A stretch of 64,000 bases of DNA from Acidobacteriota bacterium (GTDB lineage: Bacteria; Acidobacteriota; Vicinamibacteria; Vicinamibacterales; UBA823). Below the pieces are notes generated by a model. It saw only the letters and a program-made list of their open reading frames with translations, did no database searches and was not told the origin of the DNA. The position numbers and the translations under genes are program-made. Each line of letters starts with the position of its first letter. Position 1 is the first letter of the stretch. The stretch spans positions 43,132 through 107,131 of the forward strand of contig PCAK01000010.1 in the NCBI GenBank assembly GCA_002730525.1. Direction: 5' to 3'. Positions 28,692-38,616 of the stretch are shown here, piece by piece.

Positions 28692-31463
28692 ATGGTGAAA
28701 CATCTCCCGACCTTCTCCGGCGCCGCCGCTCTGCTGGCGCTCTGCCTGGGGCTCGGACCGGCAACCGCCGCCCGCGCCCAGAGCCCTGAGCCCGCCGGCG
28801 AGGACCTCACCGCGTTCTACGAGCAGCTAGAGCGGACCATCATTTCGGGCCGCGCCGCGGCCTATCTCGGGATGCTGTCGCCGTCGCTGGCCGCGCGCGC
28901 CGCGACTCGGCAGTTCGTCACGCGGAACATCGTCACCGGCGTCACCAACGTCACGGTCAGCGAGTTGCGTCGACTGCCGCTGTCCGGGGCGCCCGCGGGC
29001 GAGGGCTACGCCGTCCTGATCGAGATCTTCCGCGAGCAGCGCCTGGCCGGCGATGTGGCGACCTGGCTGCTGAACGTGCGGCGCGACGTCGATCCGGGCA
29101 CGAACCGGTCGTTCTCGGACGGGCCGCAGTGGCGGATCGTCGGGCAGGAGCGGCTGACGCAGGTGGGCGGGCTGTTCCGCCTCGAACTGCACCCCGAGCA
29201 GCAGTACATCGTCCGCAACTTGACGATCGAGGCGACGGACCTGACGCTGCGCATGGCCGACGGGTTGGCGTTCGTCGCCGACACGGGCCAGGGGATCACC
29301 GGCCTCGTCCTCCAGGGAGAGGGCGAGGTGGACTTCACGCCCACGCCCGAGGTCGAGCAGGCGCAGCTTCAGCTGTTCGCCGGCGACAGCGCGCTCAGAA
29401 CGACCTTCGACAGCGCCTTCATCCGCGTGAACCCCAACGACTTCGATGCCCTGGTGCCGCGCGACGCACTGCTCGAACGCACCGTGGGGCCGCGCGACTA
29501 TGAAGAGGCCCAGGAGGTGTTCGACAGGTACGCCCCCGAGTCGTACCTCGTCGACGTCGGCCACCTGAGCGACGAGGTCTGGTGGGTGCTCCCCAACGAG
29601 GGCGACCTGCTGGTCGAACTGGAGACACCGCACTACGACGACCTGACCTACGTGAAATCGAGCCGGAAGGCCGAAGACATTCAGCTCTTCGACCGAGAAG
29701 GCCGCCGCAACATCTCGATCTACGCCTCCGACGAGAAGCTAGTCACGCGCGGCCGCTTCTACAGCGAGGACGATCTGATCGAGTACGACATCGAGAACTA
29801 CGACCTCGACGTGCGGTTCTTGCCGCAGCGCGACTGGATGGAAGGCAGGGCCACGCTGACGGTCCGCGCCGTGAGCGATCTGTCGATGCTATCGGTCCGG
29901 ATCGCCGACGCGCTCACGGTCGAGTCGGTCTCGGCCGAGCCCTTCGGCCGCCTGTTTCCGCTTCGGACCCCGGGTCAGAACACGATGATTCTCAACCTGC
30001 CCTCGCGGGTGCCGGCGGGCGACACGTTCACGCTGACGGTCGACTACAACGGTGAGTTGCCGGCCGAGGCCGTGGACCACCAGGCCATCGTGCCGCGCGA
30101 TCTGTCGCTGCTCGAATCGTCGCGATTCGTCCACCCGACCATTCGCTCCGGGCCCGAGCCGCACTATCTCTACAGCAGCCGAAGCTTCTGGTACCCGCAA
30201 TCGACGGTCACCGACTTCGCGCCCGCGACGATCAGCATCACCGTGCCACCCGACTTCGGGTGCGTCGCCAGCGGCCATCTGAGCGGCCCGCCGCGGGAAC
30301 TCTACGGTGAGGATTCACTCGGCATGCCGGATGGGTCCAAGCAGTACGTCTTCGAAGCCGAGCGGCCGATACGCTATCTGGCCGCCGTGATGAGTGAGTT
30401 CGTCAGCGTGGGCTCCGAAGCGATCACGCTGCCGCCGGTGGAAGGCGGCGTTGCCGCGGATGCCACGACGTCACGCGAGCTCACCTTGTCGGTCGAGGCC
30501 AACGTGCGGCAGCGCCGCCGCGCACGCCAGCTCTCCGAGCGTGCGGAGGAGATCCTCGGCTTCTACTCGTCGCTCGTCGGTGACCTGCCGTATTCGAGCT
30601 TGACGGTCGCCATGGTCGAGAGCGAGTTGCCGGGCGGGCACAGCCCGGCGCACATCTCGATGATCAACGAGCCGGTGCAGAACAGCAATCTGCTGTGGCG
30701 TCGGGACCCCGTCTTCTTCGCCGCCGCGCCGGATTTCTTCCTGGCGCACGAGCTGGCACATCAGTGGTGGGGGCAGGCCGTGGGCTGGAGCAACTACCAC
30801 GAGCAGTGGCTGAGCGAAGGGATGGCGCAGTACTTCGCCGCGCTGTACGCCCGGCATGCGCAGGGCGACGGCGTCTTCCGGCAGATCATGCGGCAGATGC
30901 GCGAATGGTCGATGCAGCAGTCGGCCCAGGGCCCGGTCTACCTCGGCTACCGGCTCGGACACATCAAGCAGGACTCCCGGATCTTCCGGGCGCTCGTCTA
31001 CAACAAGGGCGCGATGGTGATGCACATGCTGCACCGCCTGGTGGGCGACGATGCGTTCTTCCGCGGCGTTCGCCGCTTCTACACCGACTGGCGGTTCCGG
31101 AAGGCCGGGACCGAAGACTTTCGGTTGGCGTTCGAGCAGGAGTCGGGTCTCTCGCTGGCGCGTTTCTTCGAGCGCTACATTCACGAGACCGGCTTGCCGG
31201 ATCTCGCGTTCAGCTACACGCCCGAGGCTGCGCCGGGTGAGACGGGTGCCTCGGCGGTGAAGCTGCGATTCGAACAGCAGACCGAGTTGCTGTACGGCGT
31301 GCCGGTCACGGTGACACTGCGCTACGCTAGTGGCGAGACGCAGAACGTCGTGGTAGGCGTCACCGAACGCATCACCGAGGCGCGGGTGCCGCTGTCGGGT
31401 GTCTTGCGCGACATCGACGTGAACAGGGACTTCGAGGCGCTGGCGCGGGTCGAGGTCCGATAA
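28692..31463 (+). CDS. Secreted M1 family zinc aminopeptidase
   Basis: HELAHQWWG-x-WLSEG, VYNKGAMV; signal peptide. Confidence 0.88.
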   Translation: MVKHLPTFSGAAALLALCLGLGPATAARAQSPEPAGEDLTAFYEQLERTIISGRAAAYLGMLSPSLAARAATRQFVTRNIVTGVTNVTVSELRRLPLSGAPAGEGYAVLIEIFREQRLAGDVATWLLNVRRDVDPGTNRSFSDGPQWRIVGQERLTQVGGLFRLELHPEQQYIVRNLTIEATDLTLRMADGLAFVADTGQGITGLVLQGEGEVDFTPTPEVEQAQLQLFAGDSALRTTFDSAFIRVNPNDFDALVPRDALLERTVGPRDYEEAQEVFDRYAPESYLVDVGHLSDEVWWVLPNEGDLLVELETPHYDDLTYVKSSRKAEDIQLFDREGRRNISIYASDEKLVTRGRFYSEDDLIEYDIENYDLDVRFLPQRDWMEGRATLTVRAVSDLSMLSVRIADALTVESVSAEPFGRLFPLRTPGQNTMILNLPSRVPAGDTFTLTVDYNGELPAEAVDHQAIVPRDLSLLESSRFVHPTIRSGPEPHYLYSSRSFWYPQSTVTDFAPATISITVPPDFGCVASGHLSGPPRELYGEDSLGMPDGSKQYVFEAERPIRYLAAVMSEFVSVGSEAITLPPVEGGVAADATTSRELTLSVEANVRQRRRARQLSERAEEILGFYSSLVGDLPYSSLTVAMVESELPGGHSPAHISMINEPVQNSNLLWRRDPVFFAAAPDFFLAHELAHQWWGQAVGWSNYHEQWLSEGMAQYFAALYARHAQGDGVFRQIMRQMREWSMQQSAQGPVYLGYRLGHIKQDSRIFRALVYNKGAMVMHMLHRLVGDDAFFRGVRRFYTDWRFRKAGTEDFRLAFEQESGLSLARFFERYIHETGLPDLAFSYTPEAAPGETGASAVKLRFEQQTELLYGVPVTVTLRYASGETQNVVVGVTERITEARVPLSGVLRDIDVNRDFEALARVEVR

Positions 31464-31471
31464 CGGGTCCC

Positions 31472-32625
31472 CTAGCCGCCGGCGTGGCGGACGACGAGCA
31501 CGGTGAGGTCGTCCGCGAGCTTGGTCGCCCTCGCGTGGGCTTCCACGGCCGACACGATACCGGCGCCGATGTCGGCGGCGCGCTGCCCGGCGCGCATCTC
31601 GAGAGCGCGCTCGAGGCCGGCCTCGTCGAACGGCGTCCCTTCCCGATCCTCCGCCTCGGTAACGCCGTCGGAGTACAGCGTCAGCACGTCGCCCGCCGTG
31701 AGGCCGGTTTCCGCGGCTGCATACGTCGATCCCTCGAACATGCCGAGCGCGATGCCGCCGGTTTCGAGGCGCTCCACGCGTCCGTCCCGCCGGCGCAGCA
31801 GCGGTGGCATCTGCCCCGCGTTCACGTAGCGCAGCACGTCGGTGGCCGGGTCGTAGAGTCCGACGAAGAGCGTGATGAACCGCGAGCCCAGCGCGTGGCG
31901 CACGATCTGTGTGTTCAGCCGCGAGGTGAGCGCGGCCGGCTCGGTGTCCTCGTCGACGATCGTTCGTAGCATGGCCAGGAGCAGCGCCATCAACAGCGAG
32001 GCCGGACTGCCCTTGCCGGCGACGTCACCGAGTGCGATGACGACTCGCCCGTCGGGCAGCGACAGGACGTCGTAGAAATCCCCACCCACCGTGTTGGCCG
32101 GCCGGGTACGCCCGTCGATGTCGAGCGGGCCCGTAGCCAGCGATCCCGGCGGCAGCATCGCCGTCTGGATCTCGCGCGCGATCTCGAGGTCGTTCTTCAG
32201 GGTGAACCGGTCCAGGACCTCCAGGACGAAGAGCAGGTTCACCAGTACGAAGCCCGTCAGGAGCCAGAGCGTGCCGTCTTCCCAGGCGGGCAGCGGCAGT
32301 GGGAGCCGCATCAAGGGCGTACGGGTGGGCGTGAGCGCGATGCCTCGGAACAGCAGCAAGCCGCCGATGGCCGCGGAGACGAGCGCGATGCCGAACAGCG
32401 CCCGTCGCGCCGGGCTGAGCTTCAGCGTGAACGCGAAGAAGAACAGCCGAAGCCGGAAAATCCACCGCCGGTGCCAGGGAGGTCGTCCACGACCTCCGCA
32501 TCGAGGCCCCGGGAGAGGACGCGGTACGCCTCGCGCGCATCCCGCGTGAACAGCAACTGGAACTCGTCCGCCGTCAGGCCGCGGGTATAAGTCTCGAAGA
32601 AGGTATTGGGCGGGTTGGTGGGCAT
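31472..32625 (-). pseudogene. Membrane-anchored SpoIIE/RsbU phosphatase, frameshifted near 32478
   Basis: N-terminus MPTNPP...VDDLP in one frame; WHRRW...VGGDFY, GDVAGKG, YSDG, DDLT in another; one extra C in CTCCCTGG restores the frame (could be a sequencing indel). Confidence 0.75.
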
Positions 32626-32743
32626 GGGTCGATGATCTCCGGTTCCTGCATGAATTGATGAGGAATGCGGAGAATTCGTTCGACGTCCCGGCGTGGGGCG
32701 AAAAGCCACCGAGATACGACAAGGTGCGTCCGGCGCGCGGGGG

Positions 32744-32761
32744 TTCGGGGCGCAGCCCCGA
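32744..32761. repeat. Short palindromic repeat TTCGGGGCGCAGCCCCGA
   Basis: Hairpin; 17/18 identical copy at 33224-33241. Confidence 0.7.
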
Positions 32762-32762
32762 G

Positions 32763-33071
32763 CTAGAAGAACAGCAGCTGCATCCAGGGCACGATTGCCG
32801 CGCCGACATAGATGAGCGTCAGCGCCGCCACGATGCCATGCACCGCCTGAAGGTGCAGGACGACGGCGCAGAAGCCGGCCAGGAGCTTGGCGCTCGCCAG
32901 CGTCGGGCCCTCACCGACGGCGAACATCAGCCAGAGCATGAGCGGATTCGCCTCGATGCCGACGCCGAACGTGGAGACACCGAGGTAGGTCAGCGCGCCA
33001 TCGACCACCTGAGCGCACAACAGCGCAACGATGACGACGTTGCCGAACCGCACTCGTGGCTGGAACTCCAT
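32763..33071 (-). CDS. Small membrane protein, DUF5658-like
   Basis: QVVDGALTYLGV...EANPLM...LASAKL; TTGATC-N17-TACACT promoter-like sequence at 33204-33176. Confidence 0.75.
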   Translation of the reverse strand: MEFQPRVRFGNVVIVALLCAQVVDGALTYLGVSTFGVGIEANPLMLWLMFAVGEGPTLASAKLLAGFCAVVLHLQAVHGIVAALTLIYVGAAIVPWMQLLFF

Positions 33072-33223
33072 CCGTACGCCCCTGCAGCCGGCCTCGACGC
33101 CGAGCAGGCGCACGACGGCACCGCCAGCGGCCAGAATTTCTTGGTTGGGGAGGTATCCGCGAGGGAGCGAGAGACAGTGTACGCCGATCGCGGTTGCGGA
33201 TCAAGGCGCGCACGTCGCTGAGT

Positions 33224-33241
33224 TTCGGGGCGCGGCCCCGA
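33224..33241. repeat. Short palindromic repeat TTCGGGGCGCGGCCCCGA
   Basis: Second copy, again directly after a minus-strand stop codon. Confidence 0.7.
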
Positions 33242-33243
33242 TC

Positions 33244-34458
33244 TCAGGAAGCCAGAAACTCCTTCGTGAACGAGGCCATCAGATCGTAGATCTCGCCAAG
33301 CTCCGTGGGGTTCGCCAGGAACACGACGCGCATGAAGCCGTCCCCCGGTGGCAGCCCGAAGCCCGAACCGTGGACGCATAGCACGCCGGTCGAACGTAGC
33401 AGGCCGAGAACGTAATCCTCGTCGGTCTTGCCCGGCGGTAGGGCCACCTGCGGCATGGCGTAGAAGGCCGCGGTCGGCTCCACGCAGCTCATGCCGTCGA
33501 TGGCGTTCAGGCGCGCCATCGTCAGTTCGGCGCGCTCGCGCAGCTCGGAGCGAAACGTGTCCTGATGCGATCGATCGTCCCGCAGCGCCGCGGTGATCGC
33601 CGCCTGCATCGGCGCGGTGCTACAGAGCCGGCCGTCGGCCAGCTTCTTGATGGCTGCCAGCAGGTCGTCGAGCCGCGGGCTGGTGCCGACGGCCATCCAG
33701 CCGGCTCGCCAGCCCGGCGCCAGGTAGGCCTTCGACAACGACGAGTACGACACGACCGGCGCATCGGGATCGAGGCTCCCGATCGGCGTCACCGGGCCGT
33801 CGTAGGCCAGGTCGGCGTACACCTCGTCCGCCAGCAGCAGCAGTCCGTGGCGGCTTGCCAGCTCGAGCATCTCGCGGCGCGTCTCGTCGGAGTACACGGC
33901 GCCCGTCGGGTTGTTCGGATTGATCATCACCAGCGCCCGCGTGTTCGGCCCGATCAGCTTCTTGATATGATCGAGGTCGGGCATCCAGTGGTTGGTCGGA
34001 TCGGTCCGGTAGTAGACGGCGTTCGCACCCAGCTTCGCCAGGACCGCGGTGTAGAGCGGGTAGGTCGGCACCGGCACCAGCACGTCCTCACCCGGATCGA
34101 CCAGCGCGCTCAGCGTCAGCTCGATCCCCTCGGACGTGCCCATCGTCAGGAGCACCCGGTCGGCTGGTATCTCGAGGCCGCGGGCGGTGAAATCGTCCGC
34201 CACCGCCTCACGCGCCGGCTCGATTCCCGGGGACGAGGTGTAGCCGTTCACGCCGTCGCGCATCGCCCGTTCGACCGCGTCGACGAGGTTCTGCGGCGTC
34301 TTGAAACCGAACGGAATCGGGTCGCCGATGTTGAGGTAGCGAACGCGCGTGCCGGCCGCTTCAACCTTCCTGGCCTCCGCCACGATGTTGCGGATGGCGT
34401 AGGAGAAGCCGTGGACGCGGCTCGCGACCTGAATGGCGGACGTAGCGTGAGTCGTCAT
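33244..34458 (-). CDS. PLP-dependent aminotransferase class I/II (AlaA-like)
   Basis: LNIGDP, INPNNPTG, ADEVY, SLSKAYLAPGWRAGW. Confidence 0.92.
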   Translation of the reverse strand: MTTHATSAIQVASRVHGFSYAIRNIVAEARKVEAAGTRVRYLNIGDPIPFGFKTPQNLVDAVERAMRDGVNGYTSSPGIEPAREAVADDFTARGLEIPADRVLLTMGTSEGIELTLSALVDPGEDVLVPVPTYPLYTAVLAKLGANAVYYRTDPTNHWMPDLDHIKKLIGPNTRALVMINPNNPTGAVYSDETRREMLELASRHGLLLLADEVYADLAYDGPVTPIGSLDPDAPVVSYSSLSKAYLAPGWRAGWMAVGTSPRLDDLLAAIKKLADGRLCSTAPMQAAITAALRDDRSHQDTFRSELRERAELTMARLNAIDGMSCVEPTAAFYAMPQVALPPGKTDEDYVLGLLRSTGVLCVHGSGFGLPPGDGFMRVVFLANPTELGEIYDLMASFTKEFLAS

Positions 34459-34592
34459 AGAACGCCGATCTTAGTCCATCCCCGCGACCCGGACCAACCG
34501 TGTGCCGGCACCGGCCCGACCTGAGAGTTTCGCCACCGGCCGCGAGAAGGCGGGTATGATCGATGGGCTGTCCCGACCTTCGAGGAAACGTC

Positions 34593-36074
34593 ATGGCCGT
34601 CCGAACCGAGCTGTCCCTGAAGCTTCCCAATAGCCCCGGCGCCTTGCAGACCGTCGGACGGATGATGGCCAATGCCGGGGTCAACATCGACCACGCCTAC
34701 GCCTCCGTGATCGAGGGCAATCCGACGGCGACGCTGGCGCTGCTGGCGGTGATCCTCATCGCCCCCGCGACTGCGACCGCGCAGGCCGTCGAGTTCAGCG
34801 AATGGACGCTCGACAACGGCCTGCGCGTCATCATTGCCGAGGACCGCGTCGCCCCGGTCGTGTCGATAGCCGTGAACTACGACGTCGGGTCGCGAAACGA
34901 ACGGCGCGGCCGGACCGGGTTCGCGCATCTCTTCGAGCACATGATGTTCGAGGGATCGGAGAACGTCGGCGACGGCGAGCACTTCCTGCTCGTGGCCAAC
35001 AACGGCGGCGACGTCAACGGCACGACCGACAAGGACCGGACGCTCTATTTCGAGCGGATGCCGTCCAATCAGCTCGAGCTCGGCCTCTTCCTCGAAGCCG
35101 ATCGGATGGCGTCGCTCGATATCACGCAGGAGAACCTGGATAACCAGCGGCAAGCCGTGCAGGAAGAACGCCGGCTGCGTATCGACAATCAGCCCTACGG
35201 CCACACGTTCGAGTCGATCGATGAGTTGGCCTACCTGAACTTCGCGTACTCGCACTCGACGATCGGTTCGATGACCGACCTGAGCGCGGCCACGGTGACC
35301 GATGTATCGTCGTTCTTCCGCACTTACTACGCGCCGAACAACGCGGTGCTGGCGATCGTCGGTAGCGTCGACACCGCCGAGGCGCTGGAACTGGTGCAGA
35401 AGTACTTCGGCCCGATTCAGCGGCAACCACCGCCGCCTGAGGTCGATCTGACCGAGCCACCACAGACCGAGGAGCGGCGGTCGAGCTACGAGGATCCGCT
35501 GGCGCGGTTGGCGCGCATCGACATCGCGTATCACATTCCGGAAAGCATGAGTGCCGATCACGATGCGCTGAGCGTGCTGTCGACCATCCTGTCGTCGGGG
35601 CGGAGCTCGCGGCTCTACCAGTCGATCGTCCGCGACTCGCAACTCGGCGTGAATGTGGGTGCCTTCGCGGTCGGCAATCGCGGCCCGAGCCTGTTCCGCC
35701 TGGTAGGGATCGCCGCGCCCGGCGCCGACGTCGGCGCGCTCGAAGTGGCGCTCGGAGAGCAGATCGAGCTGATCAAGACGGCGCCGATCGAGGAGTGGGA
35801 GCTCGACAAGGCACGCAACGGCGCCCGCCGGTCGTTCGTGTCGAGCCTGGGGAGTTCGCTCCAGCGCGCCATCATGCTGTCGCGCTACGCGCTGTTCTAC
35901 GACGACCCTGGCCTCATCAACACACGCGCCGAACGCGTCGTCGCGGTGTCGGCAGAGGACCTGCGCCGGGTCGCGCGGGAGTATCTCGTCGACACGAACC
36001 GGTCGGTCATCATCACGTTGCCGGCGCCGCCTGGCAGTCCCCAGGGCGGAACGCCGGGAGCGGGAGGATCTTGA
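34593..36074 (+). CDS. M16 zinc peptidase, catalytic subunit, with fused N-terminal ACT remnant
   Basis: GFAHLFEHMMF (HxxEH), VQEERR; the first ~48 aa are ACT-like (LPNSPGAL..AGVNIDHAY). Confidence 0.88.
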   Translation: MAVRTELSLKLPNSPGALQTVGRMMANAGVNIDHAYASVIEGNPTATLALLAVILIAPATATAQAVEFSEWTLDNGLRVIIAEDRVAPVVSIAVNYDVGSRNERRGRTGFAHLFEHMMFEGSENVGDGEHFLLVANNGGDVNGTTDKDRTLYFERMPSNQLELGLFLEADRMASLDITQENLDNQRQAVQEERRLRIDNQPYGHTFESIDELAYLNFAYSHSTIGSMTDLSAATVTDVSSFFRTYYAPNNAVLAIVGSVDTAEALELVQKYFGPIQRQPPPPEVDLTEPPQTEERRSSYEDPLARLARIDIAYHIPESMSADHDALSVLSTILSSGRSSRLYQSIVRDSQLGVNVGAFAVGNRGPSLFRLVGIAAPGADVGALEVALGEQIELIKTAPIEEWELDKARNGARRSFVSSLGSSLQRAIMLSRYALFYDDPGLINTRAERVVAVSAEDLRRVAREYLVDTNRSVIITLPAPPGSPQGGTPGAGGS

Positions 36075-37564
36075 TGCGCGTCCGATCGTTCGTCGCCGTC
36101 ATTGCGTCGGTACTTGTCGCCGCGCCGGCTTCACTCTCGGCGCAGGCCGGCGGCCAGCAAACTCAGTCGATTACCGGAGCCGAGGTGAAAGGCCTGGCGC
36201 CGGTCTCGGACGAGATTCTCCAGGTCGAACTGCCGAAGGCCGAGGAAGCCGTGCTCGAGAACGGCCTCCATCTGATGGTGCTCGAGGACCATCGGGTGCC
36301 AACCGTCTCTTTCCAGCTGATCTTGATCGGGGCCGGCGGGTACTACGATCCGCCGGATCACGCCGGGCTCGCGGGCTTCTCCGCGTCGCTGCTGCGCGAG
36401 GGCACCACCACGCGATCGTCGGTGGAGATCGCCGAAGCCCTCGAGACGCTCGCCTCACGTCTGAACGCCTCAACCGACATGTCGCTCCAGGCCGCGAGCC
36501 TGAACGGCTCGAGTCTGACCGAGCATCTGGACGAGACGATGGCGCTGGCCGCCGACGTGCTGCTGCATCCATCGTTTCCCGAGGAGGAATTGGCGCTGTT
36601 CAAGGACCGCGAGCGGGCCGGGCTGATGCAGGAACGGACCCGGCCAGGCTTCCTGGCGGTCGAGCGGCTGGCCAAGGTGATCTACGGCGATCATCCGGCC
36701 GGCCGGGTCTCGCCGACGCCGGAATCTCTCGAGCGGACCACGCGGGAAGACCTGCTCGCGTTTCACCAGGTCCACTACGTGCCCGACCACGCGGTGGTCA
36801 CCGTGGCGGGCGACATCTCGATGGCCGACGCGCGGGCGGCCGTCGAACGGCACTTCGGTGCCTGGGCGAACACCGGCACCCCGCAGCCGACGGTGGAGGA
36901 TCCTCAGCCGATCGGGCCGGCGCGGGTCTACCTGATCAATCGCGACGCCTCGGTGCAGACCAACCTCGTGGTGGGGACGCAGGCGATCAACCGGACGAGC
37001 AGCGACTACGACGTGCTCACCGTGATGAACCAGGTGATTGGTGGCGGCGCGACCGGGCGACTGTTCATGAACCTGCGCGAGGACAAGGGGTACACCTACG
37101 GCGCCTACAGTTCCTTCACGGCGCTGCGCTACCGCGGCGACTGGGACGCCTCGACCGAGGTGAGGACCGAGGTCACCGGCGCCGCGTTGGCCGAATTGCT
37201 TCGCGAACTGGAGCGGATTCGCGACGAACCGGTGCCCGACCATGAATTCCAGGATGCGAAGCGGAACATTGTCGCCGGCTTTGCGCTCTCACTCGAGTCG
37301 CCCGGCACGCTGCTGGGCAATTCGGTGGTGCGTCATCTCTACGACCTGCCCGACGACCATTGGGATCGTTATCCTGAGCGGGTCATGGCGGTGACGCGCG
37401 AGCAGGTGCAGGCCGTCGCCGAGCGATATCTCGACGCCGAGCGGCTCCACATCGTGGCCGTCGGCGACGGTGCGCAGATCACCGACGCCCTGACGTCGTT
37501 CGGCGCGGTCGATGTGTACGACGACCAAGGTGTGCTGATCGAGACGCTTGGCTCCGGCCAGTGA
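36074..37564 (+). CDS. M16 peptidase, non-catalytic partner subunit
   Basis: LENGL, LREGT, RLFMNLREDKGYTYG; no HxxEH; TGATG coupling to the upstream gene. Confidence 0.88.
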   Translation: MRVRSFVAVIASVLVAAPASLSAQAGGQQTQSITGAEVKGLAPVSDEILQVELPKAEEAVLENGLHLMVLEDHRVPTVSFQLILIGAGGYYDPPDHAGLAGFSASLLREGTTTRSSVEIAEALETLASRLNASTDMSLQAASLNGSSLTEHLDETMALAADVLLHPSFPEEELALFKDRERAGLMQERTRPGFLAVERLAKVIYGDHPAGRVSPTPESLERTTREDLLAFHQVHYVPDHAVVTVAGDISMADARAAVERHFGAWANTGTPQPTVEDPQPIGPARVYLINRDASVQTNLVVGTQAINRTSSDYDVLTVMNQVIGGGATGRLFMNLREDKGYTYGAYSSFTALRYRGDWDASTEVRTEVTGAALAELLRELERIRDEPVPDHEFQDAKRNIVAGFALSLESPGTLLGNSVVRHLYDLPDDHWDRYPERVMAVTREQVQAVAERYLDAERLHIVAVGDGAQITDALTSFGAVDVYDDQGVLIETLGSGQ

Positions 37565-37567
37565 GGG

Positions 37568-38602
37568 ATGGCGACCGAGAATCCTGCGTCGTTCCTGGAC
37601 CCCGCCCTCGACCGGACGTCGATCGCGCCTGAGAGCGCGATCGATCGGGACCAGCTGGTCACCTGGTACCGGACGATGTGCCTGGCGCGCACCTGCGACG
37701 AGAAGCTCGGCGCGCTCTACCGCCAGGGCAAGATCGTCGGGGCGGTCTATCTCGCGGTCGGCCAGGAGGCGATCTGCACCGGCGTTGTCAGCCTGCTCCA
37801 GCCTGACGATTACTTCTCGACGGTCGCGCGCGGCCTGGCCGGGTGGTTCCTCCGCGGCGTCGAACCGAAGCACGTCATCGCCCGGTGGCTGGGTCGGGAC
37901 GTCCCGCCGTCGCACGGCCGGGAGCTCGGCCTGTTCCTGGCCGACATCGAACACCACGGCATCGCGCCGTACCACAACGGGTCGATGGCCTCGTGGATCC
38001 CTTCAGGTGCCGGGTTCGCCCTGGCGTTCAAGGTTCGGAAGCAGCCGCGCGTCTACGTCGCCTTCACCGGGGACGGCGCCACCAGTCCGGGTGATTTCTA
38101 CGAGGGTCTGAACTTCGCGGCGATTCACAAGCTGCCGCTCGTCGTCATCGTTGAGAACAACTGCTTCGCCTACTCGACGGGCAACGCCGCGCAGATGCCG
38201 GTGGAGAATGTCGCCGATCGCGCGCCGGCGTTCAACATTCCGGCGGAAGTTGCGTTCGGCAACGACATCTTCGAGGTGCGCCGGGTTGCCAAGCGGGCGA
38301 TCGACCATGCCCGCGCCGGCAACGGCCCATATCTTGTCGAGTTCAAGACGTTTCGCACCCGTGGGCACGGCGAGCACGACGACATGGGCTACGTCGATGC
38401 GGGTCTGCGCGAGTTCTGGGAGCGACGCGATCCGCTACGGTTGTTTCGCGAGTACCTGGCCGGGGCGGGCGGCCTCGGTGAGGCGGGGGTCAAGGCGATC
38501 GATGACGAATGCGCCGCCTCGATCGAGGACGCGGTGGCCTGGGCCGAGGCGCAGCCCGCGCCGGCGCCCGAGACCGTGACCGACCGGCTGTTCGCCCCGT
38601 GA
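37568..38602 (+). CDS. 2-oxoacid dehydrogenase E1 alpha
   Basis: GQEA, TPP motif GDGA...ENN, RTRGH. Confidence 0.9.
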   Translation: MATENPASFLDPALDRTSIAPESAIDRDQLVTWYRTMCLARTCDEKLGALYRQGKIVGAVYLAVGQEAICTGVVSLLQPDDYFSTVARGLAGWFLRGVEPKHVIARWLGRDVPPSHGRELGLFLADIEHHGIAPYHNGSMASWIPSGAGFALAFKVRKQPRVYVAFTGDGATSPGDFYEGLNFAAIHKLPLVVIVENNCFAYSTGNAAQMPVENVADRAPAFNIPAEVAFGNDIFEVRRVAKRAIDHARAGNGPYLVEFKTFRTRGHGEHDDMGYVDAGLREFWERRDPLRLFREYLAGAGGLGEAGVKAIDDECAASIEDAVAWAEAQPAPAPETVTDRLFAP

Positions 38603-38616
38603 TCTGAACCAGAGTC

